Assembly: GCA_001179505.1 (NCBI GenBank)
Contig: CDMY01000456.1
Span: 62,001 to 126,000 of the forward strand
Length of the DNA: 64,000 bases
Direction of reading: 5' to 3'
Source: Vitrella brassicaformis CCMP3155
Lineage: Eukaryota > Protista > Chromerida
The notes beneath the pieces are model-generated. The model was not told the origin of the DNA. It saw nothing but the letters and a program-made list of their open reading frames with translations, and searched no databases. A program made the translations under genes and the position numbers. This document shows, in pieces, positions 1-15,147 of the stretch (positions are counted from its first letter, which is position 1; the number at the start of each line of letters is the position of its first letter).

Positions 1-320
1 AAGAAGGGCGCTAACGTCAGGATACTCAGGCCGAAACCGGGCGCAGGCAGCGAGATCGTATACATGGTCAGCCCAGCCCACACGAGAGAGAGAGAGAGAG
101 CGGCGCGAAAGAAATCCAATGGCCGCATTTGCGTGTCCTTTGCGTGTGTGTGTGTGTGCAGGGTCGGTTGCGGTCTCTGCGTCACATTAAGGAGGAGGTT
201 GGCGAGATGGAGTCAGGCCGCGAGTGCGGCATGGCCTTCGACGACTTCGAAGACATGCAGTCAGGAGACATCATTGAGTGCTATGTCGACTCCAAGTCGG
301 CAATAAGACAGCTGACGTGA
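1..320 (+). CDS. infB: Organellar translation initiation factor IF-2, last two exons (5' part outside window)
   Basis: Exons 1-66 and 162-320 (GT..AG intron) give GRLRSLRHIKEEVGEMESGRECGMAFDDFEDMQSGDIIECY, the IF-2 domain IV C-terminal signature (SL+R.K++V.E...G.ECG....F.D...GDIIE.Y). Confidence 0.85.
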
Positions 321-830
321 TGACTGACGTGTGTGAGGGTGTCAATGTGGCTATGTTGTGTTCGTATGTGTCTGTGTGAGGACCCCCGCGCTCGTGTGTC
401 ATCAGATGAGCTTGTGAGTTGCCACACAGCTTTATGTACGTGTGTGTCACTTGACAACGGCCTAAGGTTTGGCAGTCGAATCGATCGGCTGTGTCCTCTC
501 ACTCCGTTCGGTCAATGCCATCCCATCCACCATGCACAATCAGTCCACCGCTTCCACGCCTGGCTGGAGAAGGAGGTCCAGCACTCTGCGTACCACACCA
601 GTCATGGTACACACACACCAAATCCACCTAATACACAGCGGAAAACGGACTAGAAAAAGCCACCGGGTCCCAGAAAAAACGGGCCACGTGAGCAAAATAT
701 GGTACATGTCGCACACAGTGAAGAGAGAAGGCGGCCAATACACACACACACACCCACACACACCCACACACACACACACATGCACCACAGAACCAACTAC
801 GGAACAAGTCGCTCATCCACCAGCGTCCCC

Positions 831-3284
831 TCAAACAAATGTTATTGCCTCCACCACGTCTGCTTTGAATTCACACTCGCCGCCAAGCCAGGCGTGTCGA
901 TCTTCATCTCTCTTGCCACTGTATCCCTCAGGGACACAATCTCTGTGGAAAGACTGGCGGCACCAGCGTACGTCGGAGCTGTGCCAACCAAGGATCAACG
1001 ACCTTCCCTTCAAGTTGACTCTAAATTTCCACTTCTCGTTGCTTGCCTCCATTCCGAGCACTGTCACCTTTGCTGATTCTCCGTCTGTCTTGAATTCCGT
1101 GAGTTTGTCGAAGCCATGGCCGCAGAGAGAGAAGACTCGCACCGGGCGATCAACCGTCACCGTCTCCGTACGGACGGGTGGGATGGTGCCGTCAATCAAG
1201 TATGCGAATCCATAAGGGCCCTTGCGGGTGAGCAGCAGCAGGTTCTCGGCATTCTCGACTTGCTGAAGGAAGCGCGCATAATCATGGTTGTCCCTCGCCG
1301 AACTGATTGGATACACAGGCACACGCACACACACACACACACATACGTGGTGTGGTTACGTCAGTCGCTCGCGAGGCTTCGCCCTTACCTGTACACTGAT
1401 CGGAGGGCCTCGACCTTCTTGCCAGCCATGGCCGCGACCTCCGATAATTGCGCCGGCGATGCGACGTGAGAAGGACAGAGCTGGAGCGATGTCAGTGTGA
1501 CTTGGAGTGATGGCTGGAGGGCCCCAGGCACATGAGGAGGCTCGACCACACTGCCGGGGAGCGACAGGCGAATCCGACGCAGAAAGTCCACAGCGAGATG
1601 GAAGTGCTCTGGCGACGTCTTGAGTGTCGTGCCGCCCCCCACTCTACGCACACAGAAGCGTTTAATGCTGTGTGTGTGTCTTGGCAACCTCTTCTCTCCA
1701 TCTCCCTATATATGTCACTTGCCTGTCATTGAAGATCTCGCGGATGGAATCACTGCTTGTCGGCTGATCGAGCGTCACCTGCAGTGAGGCCTCTCTGTGC
1801 GATCGCACGCACACACTCTTGACAGACCCCTTATCCTCGCCAGTGCGCAGCAGACCCCCAATCTCCGTGTAGAAGCGCTCCACGTCCTCGAGTGCCTTGG
1901 CCGCATCCATGATGCCCGCCGACCCATCACCCAGCAGCCGATTCTTGATGAGCTTGTCATGGTAGAAGCGGATTGACACCTTGCTCCTCTCCTCATCAGT
2001 GAGCTCGTCGATGAATTTCCCTTCCTGCTGGGCTACAGCCACACGATCCTCGAGCCAGGTGCCGAAAATGCGCGATGCGTCGAGGAAGGGCAGCTGGCGG
2101 CCGTCCTCCATGGTGATGCGGGGGAGGGCACTCATGTGGCGCAGCAGCAGGTGGGCCAGGTAGGTGTTGGCCAGGTCAGGCAGCGCCAGGGCATCTGGTG
2201 CCAGGATGACTGTGCGGCCGCCCACATTGAGATGGATATCGCCAGCCTTGAGGACTTGCGAGGCTTCAATGTCAGTGAACAGAGTGCCGCCGTGCCGGCG
2301 GACCGTCTCGTGGATGGCATCAATCGTCGCCTGGAAGTCGCTGGCGTGCGTCTTGACGACGTGACATGGTGTCCCTTCTTCTGTTGCCGCTGTGTCCGGC
2401 GGAGTCTCCGTTGTGCTGCCCTCCGTTGACGCCTCTCGTTGGGAAGTGGGCGTATCATCGCGAGCCTGCATACACATGCAGGTTGCTGCAACTCTCCGTT
2501 TATGGAGGTGACTGAATGAATCAACTGACCTGTTGAGTAGCCTCCTCAATCTGTTGAACTTTGAGCTGCAGAGCGGCAACGGTCGTCTTCAGCTCCTCAA
2601 GAGTCCCTCGCTGGTCGCCAGGCTGCAGGAAGCAAGATGCAATAGCTGCACACGCGCGCTGGTCCAGGAGGGATTGAATGCTGTCTCGTACAGCGCCCAG
2701 CTCCTCGCGTACCTGACCCAGCTAAAACACACCCAAGCTGGTCGCTCCCCCGGTGCGCCTGAGCTGCCTACCTCTGCAGTGGTTTTGTTGAGTTTGGCAT
2801 CGGTGTCTCTGATCCTCTTCTTGAGTGATGTGATGCTGTCCGAGCTGGTGACCCTCTCGCGGTTAGCTATGCCCGCAGCTACACGGGAGGGATACGAACC
2901 ACCCTGAATGAAGAAACACACCATTGAGATGTTACTGCTTGCACAGTGGACATAACCTGCTGGGCGGCGGTTCTTGTGTCCTCGGAAGGGCCTGCCACAC
3001 GCACACGAGCGTGCAGAGGATCGTGGACCGGTTCAGCTGCTGTGGAGAGTGCTGTGCACGCCTAACGTACCTTTTGTCCCTGTGGCGATGCAGCGCACGG
3101 CCGTTTGTGTGAGGCTGCCACTCGTCAGAACGACAGAAGGCCGTACGCCAACGACTGCATGAAGCACATCTGTCTGCCTATCAGTATGCAGCTGCATTAC
3201 TGCCCGCGGTGACTTACCATGTTGCACAGCTGCCAGCCCTCCTCGGGCAAGGGCAGAGCGCAGCGCAGCAACGCGCGAGAGCAT
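831..3284 (-). CDS. Multi-exon protein: mitochondrial-type presequence, coiled coil, BTB/POZ (KCTD-like) domain, C-terminal TLDc-like domain
   Basis: Exons join in frame from MLSRVAALRSALARGG through the heptad-rich LEELKTTVAALQLKVQQIEE, then IHLNVGG (T1/BTB start motif) and VYSSARDNHDYARFL...FKADVVEAITFV (TLDc-like). Domain calls are from motif resemblance only. Confidence 0.6.
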
Positions 3285-3362
3285 CGCGGCCCCGTCCTTA
3301 GCGAAGATCTCTGCGTTTGATGACTCAGATCTGACTCAACACCAGCGAAGAACACCGTGACA

Positions 3363-3432
3363 TTGGCTCCAGGGTTTGAGATGCCAGGGTCATAGATCTC
3401 AGGGTTAGGGTCCAGGGTTAGGGTGAAGGGTT
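3363..3432. promoter_or_regulatory. Telomere-like (AGGGTT) motif cluster in a divergent promoter
   Basis: TTGGCTCCAGGGTTTG followed by AGGGTTAGGGTCCAGGGTTAGGGTGAAGGGTT, between start codons at 3284(-) and 3470(+). Confidence 0.5.
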
Positions 3433-3469
3433 CGAGGCCGCCGAATCCGGGAGCTGAGGCATTGAAAAC

Positions 3470-6400
3470 ATGTCACAGACATCAGGTGCGCTGAATTGTA
3501 CGGCCACCTTGTGTACGGCTGCACACGCGATGCCGTGGAAAAAAATCTGTGTGTGTGCGCGCCTGCGTGTGCAGCTACTCTGCCTGGCTTCGATGCGTTT
3601 CTGTCGTTCAATGCAGCATCACCTGAAAAGACTCAGCAGGTGACAGCAGACAGGAAGGCAGACAGACAGGCGGAGAAGGCCACGCTTTCGGTGAGGCTGT
3701 GTGTGTATCCGTCTACATCAGCTCGAAGCGGCAGCATCGGCTCTGCGCCAGATTCTTGAGGTGCAGGGTTTCGATATCGGTGGCGCAGGTTTTCAGAAGG
3801 AGCGCTCCAAGCCAGCAAGCGCGGAGCTCATTTGCCGCACTCTCTCCCGTACCTTGGTATCAGCAGACGGCATCAGTTGTTTGTGCGGTGATGGCGCTGA
3901 TCCAAACACGGCAGTGGCGCTGAGTGCCGGCGGAGATGAGACGGACCACCTGAGGTGGACCGATGTCCTTTCGCTGGCCATTGACGATGAGACCGACGGC
4001 AACCCCGGCGTGTGGCAGTTGGAGCCATCTGGCAAGCAGCTCAACCTCCCTCGGTGGCCCTCCCGCAAACTGCAGGCGGCCGTCCTTGAGGCACTCATCG
4101 CGGCCGGAGCCGATGCGAATGGCGGCCATGCCGATGACAAGAGAACACCGATCGCAACGGCCGTCTGTGCAGCCAACACGACGGCTGTCGAGACCCTGCT
4201 CAAGAATGGCGCTGAGCTGCAGGGGCAGGAGCTCTTGATCCTCCGTCCAACTGTAATTCCATCGCCCTCGAGCCCGCAGTATGAGGCCGCCCTGCTGAAG
4301 ATCTACGGCCGCCTGCTGCAGCACAATCCGGCGCTCGCGAGCGAGGCGAGCGTTGTTGAATGCGGACCGCTGCCCATGCACAGCTTAGGCTCTCTGTCGT
4401 ATGCGGTGTCGGAGGACTTCCAACGGGCCTATCTGGACCTCCTATCATCTCATGGCGCCGACCCCACCGCAGCAGACAACCGCGGCCGGACGCCACTCGC
4501 TTGGGCCGTGATCGGCCGCGCGCCTGTTGTGGTGGATTGGCTGTGTGGGAGGGTAGGGCAGAACCTCTATAAGAGCCACGCCGACTGGGATTCGCCACTG
4601 GGGCTCGCGGGCGAGTGTCTGAGTGAGGCCTTGAAGAGCAAGCCCCCCCGGGAGGGAGCAGTCGAGAAGCAGAAGCAGGTGATCCGGACACTGCTCGACC
4701 ACGGAGCGTCCATTGCGTCACTCCCGTCTTCCACACCAAAGGCGCGCCATACACGAAGGCTCGTGCTGGACATCCAAAAGGAGATGCAGCGCAGCCAGCC
4801 GTCGAATGCCCTTCCACCGCCACAGAAACAGCAGGATGGTCCGGAGGGTGGCAGCAGTGATGCCGCTACGGCTGCCAAGATGGCCGCTGAGCTCATCAAG
4901 GAGGAGGAGAGAGAGAAAGCCAAGAAGGCCAAAAAGGGCGGCAAGAAGGGCAGCAACCAACGCCAGCAGCACCGGCACCAGCAGCAGGTTTCGGGCTGTG
5001 AGGCGATTGAGGAAGACGACGGGCCGTCGGTGCCGTCGACAGCACCGGGCAGCAGGTGGGTGGGCTTGGTTGCATGAAGGGGGAAGCTGGGTGGGCTGTC
5101 CTTCAATTGTGCCGTCTGTGCGTGTGTCATGAATCATCAGTGTGGCCACTGGTGCCGTCAACAGCGATGCGGAAGATCAGCCGCCATCCACTTCATCTGC
5201 TGACCCTCATAGGTAGACGAAGACACACATCAACACACACGCGATGGCTGTGGTCTTTCTCAAGGCGGTTCTGTCCCCTGTGTGTGTTGTGTGTGTGTCT
5301 GCAGTGGCGGCACTTCATCATCGTGTGATCGTGGGCCAGCGACCCCCGCCCCCCTGCCGGCCGATTCCGAGAGCGATGAAGATTCGTTCCCGTCGTGAGA
5401 GCAAGGAAGAAGACCAAGAAGAAAGACATCAATACGCCCCAGCACATACCACTCACTCAAACACAGACAACCAAGTAAGTAGCTTTCACACACACACATG
5501 GCTGGCTGCTCTATTGGTGCATAATGTGTGGTCTTTGCCTTTCTGTGTCTGCGTGTGTTGTGCAGCATTGGTGTTCGGCCCTTTTCCTCGTCTGCTGCTC
5601 GGCCCCCTGCCGGCCGTGGGCTGGGGGGCAACACACCCACCCCAACACGCACACACCGGTAGACACACCGACTCACACACACAGGGGGGTGTGGTGTCGA
5701 GTGGCTGGCTGGAATCATGTAAGCCTGTCATGTGTGTGTCAGCGGGCCCCCACCCCTCGTCCCGATAGCCACTGTGCGGCCGTCAGTCAGCTGCTCTGCG
5801 CTGCCCCCCCGACCGCAGCACCCCCCCGCCCCCCGCAGGTCTGGCTTTGCGTCAGGACGCCTCTCGACCAGCAGCATCTGTCAGTGTGTCTCTGCCGTCC
5901 CCTCCCCCGCCACAGTCGACCCCTATCGCCAAACGGCCATTCCTGTCAGCCACTGGCAGCTCTCACGCACTCAATGCACAGACAGGGCGGCAGTGCGAGG
6001 GAGAGGGCGGACTGGGGAGGGGCAATCCCGCCGCTGGTGCTGCTGCTGGGCCAGACCGTGACAGCGAGCATCTGGTGGATACACTATGCCAGCAATTGGA
6101 GCAGACACAGCGAGAGGCCAGAGAGGCCAAGCGCAACGAGGAGGTGCTGACACGGCAGCTGCAAGAGGCCCAATGGAAGTGAGCTTATCGACATCGGGCC
6201 TTCACCTGTACTCATGTGTAAATGTCGTGTTACGCTTGTGCAGGCTTGCCCAGATGAGTACCCACCAGCAGCAGCGGCAGCGAGAGCAGCAGCCAGCTGG
6301 GGGAGAGGTAGGGGCTTGCGATCTCTGCTTCGACGCGCCCGCATCGGTCATGTACATGCCCTGCAAGCACCTGCGACTCTGCCTTCACTGCTACGAGGAA

Positions 6401-6649
6401 CGCAGGCACACGTGGCAGCGGGACCTCGACCAAGTGCGGACGGAGAACACACGGCGGCGTGCCGAGAACGAGGAAGCCAAGAGGAAGAACGAGAGCCGCA
6501 GCAGGGAGAAACAGATTCCTATGGCAAAGCTACTGGAGGAGCCCGAGTACCTGTGCGAGCACTGCAAGGAGAAGGTGGTGTTCGCCGGCTCGCGCGAGGA
6601 GGTGCTGCGGTGGGCGGCGGAGGCCTTCACCTCCACCACTGAGAGATAG
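3470..6649 (+). CDS. Ankyrin-repeat protein with C-terminal C3HC4 RING finger
   Basis: Large exon about 3722-5056 with ankyrin-like units (LIAAGADAN, TPIATAV..LLKNGAEL, GADPTAADNRGRTPLAWA). Last exon has CDLCFDAPASVMYMPCKHLRLCLHC...CEHC. Small intervening exons join in frame. Confidence 0.75.
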
Positions 6650-7067
6650 ATAGACGTCCGCTCAGTCAGCCGGCGGGGGCGTGGTGCGGAACAGATGGAT
6701 TGCACGTGGATGCAGGGCAGGGTGGGGGCAGGGAGGACGGACGGGTTTTAATCGTCTGCTGGCTGCATGTTGGGTCCTCTCTTGAGGTCGGACGGGGGAG
6801 GCATCTTCCCTCATTGCCGCATGGACGTGCTTAGACAAGGCACAGCGATATTTACCGTTCATACGGGCATTCATTCATTCATTTATTCATTCATGAATTC
6901 TGTCTTTCTGGTGTGTGAGGGCTGATGCATGGCATGACGGCATGACGGCATGAATGTCACTGAGCGATTGACTAGGGACTCAGCGCGTGGGCGCATGTTA
7001 TGAATGGTCGATGTCATCATATCTCATTCATAACTGCCACTCATCAGCTCCATCCTGGCCAAAGATC

Positions 7068-7137
7068 CTAAACCCTAAACCCAAAAATAGCGTTGGCTCC
7101 AGGGTTTGGGGTGACGGGTTTGCAAACCCAAAACCCT
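7068..7137. promoter_or_regulatory. Telo-box-like element (CCTAAACCCTAAACCC) plus shared 16-mer upstream of a gene
   Basis: CCTAAACCCTAAACCC at 7068-7083. TTGGCTCCAGGGTTTG at 7093-7108 is identical to 3363-3378. The next ATG is at 7164. Confidence 0.5.
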
Positions 7138-7163
7138 GCGAGGAGATGCAGGTGTCCTGACAG

Positions 7164-7368
7164 ATGCAGGTCCACAGCGATGCTACACGGCTGGTTGATC
7201 AAACAACAAAGCGTTCATTCCGTGTGCTTCTCGCCGGCGCGTCCCGGAGCCTGGAGCGATGGCGTCTGCTGATGGAGGTGTCCACCAAGGCCATGACAAA
7301 CATCGTCAACCAAAAGATCCGACAAGAGTGAGCAAACGACCAGCGCACCGTCCCTCACTCCTTCGATG

Positions 7369-7401
<33 letters not shown>

Positions 7402-8252
7402 TTGGATGCTTCAGGTTTCTGCGCAACGAGTACAGCGGCATCTTCATCTTCAGCTACACTGTACGTTACGTGTCTGGGAGATCTGCCTGCAGTGGGTATT
7501 GGCCATACACACTCACTCGTGCCTCTGTCATATATATCTTGTCACATGCAGGAGCTGTGTGCGTGCCGGGCTGCTCACGAGGATGCCCTGGCTGCCATGA
7601 TGAAGCAGGTGGAGGAACACCTGACAGACATGGTAGCAAGGGAAGAGACACACAGACGGACAGACAGCGTGCAATACAGATCTCTCGTCCGTTTTGTGTC
7701 ACAGGATGCCGCCATCAACCAGCTACGGAAGTCCCGCGATGACCTCTCTGCGCTTGTGGAAGCGGCGAGAGAGCGACGAGGTGACACATTTTGTCTTTCG
7801 TCCGGCACACACAGGCCGTTCATTGATGTACCTATCCACTTTGCTGTGCTGTCTGCTGTGCATGCAGCCAAGGATGCCTCGCGGCAGTTGCCTCAGCCCT
7901 CATCAGCGACAGCTGCTCAATCGGTTAAGTGCAGTGCAACGGATGTCTTTCTAGCTGCCACCGTCGTTGCAGATGCGTGTGTGCACACATTGTGCAGGGT
8001 ATGTCAGGGCCGTCCAGTCAGCTTTCTCAAGATGTGTCCAATGTGCCTGTACTCAGGGCCCTGACTCTCGGCGAGACCTGTAAGTCAGCGAGAGAGACAA
8101 GTACTCACTCCACCATGTATGTATGTCTGTCTGTCTGTCACGCCGCGCTCACAGGTGATTTCCTGGACGACGTCGTGGCGCAGTATGCGCGCGAGCTGAC
8201 ACTCAGGCGAAGGCTCTTCGCCCTGCTGGTCGGGAGGCGGGTCCATCAGTGA
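7164..8252 (+). CDS. Hypothetical multi-exon protein, partly coiled-coil
   Basis: Exons join in frame via GT..AG introns: MQVHSDATRL...KIRQEFLRNEYSGIFIFSYTELCACRAAHEDALAAMMKQVEEHLTDMDAAINQLRK...LFALLVGRRVHQ*. No recognised motif. Confidence 0.5.
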
Positions 8253-9556
8253 AATTGATGCCAACAATCGAATGCCTGTTCCCCTCTGTGCATGTCTGCA
8301 GCCTCACTTGAGTGGCGAGGAGGGTGTGCGTGACGGCCGTGAGGATCTGCAGCGGCTGCTGGCTGTGTGGATGGAACAGACATGTGTCCCCGACCAACAC
8401 AACGGTCAGTCAGCGGGCTCGCTCACACAGGTCGGATGTGTTGTTGTGTGATGGGCGCAGGTCGTGTGGATGGGATGCGAGAGACCATGCGGACGGAGGC
8501 GTCGCAAGTGATGACATGAGGCGAATCGGATTTGAACCGATCAAGGCGAGTCGTGCGTATTCTACCGTACATTTAGTCGGCGTCAGCCATTCACTGTGTG
8601 CGTGTCCAGGCAGGCCTCATGCATCTTCGCGCCTGGACTGAGTGAGTGACACATAGACCGTTCACAGACAGACAGACAGACAGACAGGCCGGTAGATAGA
8701 TGCATGGAACGGTCGGCAGTCGAAAAAGAACGAGCACATGACTCGCACGGGAGCTGGCATCAATGCATGCAATGCACACAGAGAGAGATATGAATTGCAT
8801 GCATGCATAAGAACGGCCATTAACGCATGTTTGCAACGACAATCCACTCACTCGAAAAACTTTGCTAGCAAGGACCACCATTCATTCGCCGCTCGTTCGA
8901 ACCCATCCGTCCGTCATATCGATAGATACTCTCACCCGGTACGCCTCCCCATCTCTCTCCACGCCTCTCTGTATCTCCATGTGCCGCTGCGTCCTGCATT
9001 CGGCTGCCGAGATGCCCCGCCCGCACCAACACACACAGATAATCTGACCTATCTGTCTGTCTGGATGCAACTTCGACATGGCAGCAACCGAAATGCAGAG
9101 ATGCATGGTATGGCACGGGTGCTTTGTCTTTCTCGAAGTTTCCTCCCTGTCGTTATCCTGCCTCATGTGCGTATCCGTGCTCATGTGCCGTCCCTTCTTG
9201 TCCCCCTGGTGGCCACGCACCCATTGCAATGACGTCATGGCACTGCAACGTTGGAGTGGCGAACGGGAGAACAAGAGGGGACGGCACAGCATCAACGAGG
9301 CGAAGCCATTGAGATACCACACCTCACCATCAATGCGAGAAGGAAAAAGAAGACAGCCACTCGTAACGACCAGCCACCCATGACAGCCACTTTTCTTGTC
9401 AGTCACAAATACACATACATCCACGTATGTATGTGACCTCGCCCGCCCGCCCTCCAGCCAGCCAGCCCACCGCCAACCACACAGAGAAATCCAATCCGCA
9501 GCTAGCCAGTTACTACCCATAAACTACGTATGGATGGAGGTGTACCTATCGGCTAG

Positions 9557-10893
9557 TTAATGCTTGAGTTTCTGCGCCTGCAGCTTCTCGGGGTCGTGCT
9601 GGTCGACGCTGCCCATCTCGTCCTGGTGGCCGCGCGCACGGGCCATGATGCGGTCGACCTTGTCTGGCAACTCCTGAGAAGAGAACGGCCACAGACACGC
9701 AGATAGCAGATGTGAGCGGCCGGTTTCGTCTGTCTGTGCCGTGTGGCCGTCATGTCGATCGTTATGTGTGTGACCTTGAGGTAGTCGGCTTGGGAGAAGT
9801 TCATGTAGAGTGAGTTCATGACAATGACCTTCTCCGTCATCGTGGGCGTCGATACCTGCAACCTGAATGTGTGACACACATACACATACACGAACACTCA
9901 GACAGACGAGCTGGTGTGATCCCGTGTGCCACACCACTCGTTGTCTGACTGACCAGTGTTCGTGTGCTTCGTAGTCGTATGATGTCTCGATGCACACGTC
10001 GGCCTTCCCGTGGGAGGTCTGCATTTCCTGGCACATGACGAAACCCCCGTCACTCTTGCTGCACACATACATCACATCAGCACGACACACACGGATCATG
10101 ACACATCGACACACGCCTCACCAGGCACCACCCCTGCAGCCCTCCCTCGCTCACCCAGTGGGGTTGATTGTCCACTCGGGGTGCCTCTCCCTGATGTAGC
10201 TGAGCACACAGGCGCTCATGGGGTCGATGTACTTGTCAGGCAGCGTCCGCTTGCCCATCGTCAGCCCCTCGAAGTCTTCAGGCACCTCCACCTCCCCTAT
10301 AGAGCTCTCGCCGAAGTTGGGGTACACCTGGCGATGCCGGGCCGGCACCCCCTGTGGGGCCTCGTCGTCCGTCTTGATCTCCCCGCCCTCCAGGTGCTCC
10401 ATCGTGCCCTCAGTCGACTCAGACACGTCGATGTTGACGGTGCGCGGCGAGACGACTGCCACCTGTGGGGCGAGTTTGGCGCCCTCTGGCGACTCCAGCG
10501 TGTCCTCAGATATCACCACACGAATGTTGCCTGTGCAGCAAGCAAAGAAAGCATCCAGCGACACACGGCATACGACAATTGATACGATCACAATGAACAA
10601 CTGATGTGTGTCTGCTCCCATCAGAGACTCACCTTGTGGCTTGATGACGACGGTCTCCGGTTCGCCATGCGACTGCAGTTACCACACAAAGGTCCGAGAG
10701 GCGTGTCCATGATCCTTCCCTGTCTTACCGATTCGGCCATGACGGGCATTCGGCCCTGCCAGCGCTTCTGCTGGCAGATGGGATGGGTCATCGGCGGCCG
10801 TAGATGGGACGACAGGCGCGACGCCAGGCTGCTCAGAGGAGCTGCCGCAAGGGCCCGAAGAGGCAATACGCCCGAACTCAAAACAAGTGACAT
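9557..10893 (-). CDS. Hypothetical protein with mitochondrial-type presequence
   Basis: Six exons join in frame: MSLVLSSGVLPLRALAAAPLSSLASRLSSHLRPP (Arg/Ser/Leu-rich, acid-free) ... YIRERHPEWTINPTGKSDGGFVMCQEMQ ... ELPDKVDRIMARARG ... KLKH*. Confidence 0.6.
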
Positions 10894-11094
10894 GGCTACA
10901 CTACCAGCGTTCACGTGTGAGCACAACGACGACGCCGTCCAGTTCTGGTTCGTTCAGAAAGGAGTTGGGTCACTCTGCAGCAGCGGTTTCAGGGAGCACC
11001 CTGAGACTTGCGAGCTAAGTTGAAGAGAAGCAGACCGCTGGTGAGAAGCAGGGCCTGTCCACCACGCCTGTCCGCATCGATTGCGCCGCATGCG

Positions 11095-14511
<3,417 letters not shown>

Positions 14512-15147
14512 AGAGAGTGAGCGAGCGGGGTTGTGTTGTGTGGGGGTGTTTGGAAAGGGGATGGGGTCATCGATGGGTAGAGAGTTTGCGGTGGATTGAG
14601 GAAGGCAGGAAGGCAAGGCCCACATGTGGGTGTACAATGAATGCAATGCATGGGCTGTGGGAGAGAGCGTGGCATGAGGTGGCCCGTGGACAAGGGAGTG
14701 GACATACCTACCATACGGCACGGCAAGAGAATGACTGTTTATTCATTGAGTGTCGTTGTCTCCTCCTTTCTATCGCATTGATTGATTGATCTGTCCGTCG
14801 GTCGAGCGCTCAGTCACCCACTCACGTATCTATGCATATCAGCTTGTTTCGCGTGACTGCACTCACCTCACTCACTCAATCCACTCGCCAACTCACTCCT
14901 GCACACCAACGGTCCTAGCTAGGCATCTCACGTCCATCATCCGTCCATCCATCCTACGGTCAGTCAGTCAAAATCAGCAGCCGGGCCGGGCCGGGCCGGG
15001 CAGCTGGCAGTCGGTCGATCCTCTCTGTGTCAGACAGATGGATGGCCCGAAAAAGCAACGGCCCGGGGAAGGGCAGGCCTGCCATCCATCTGTCTGTCTG
15101 TCTGTCTGTGTTTCTGTCCGTGAAGTGCACCATCATCGGTGGGGGAG

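Noticed and set aside
8253-9556. 1.3-kb gap with several overlapping short ORFs
   Set aside because: No consistent exon chain or motif; likely UTR or intergenic sequence.
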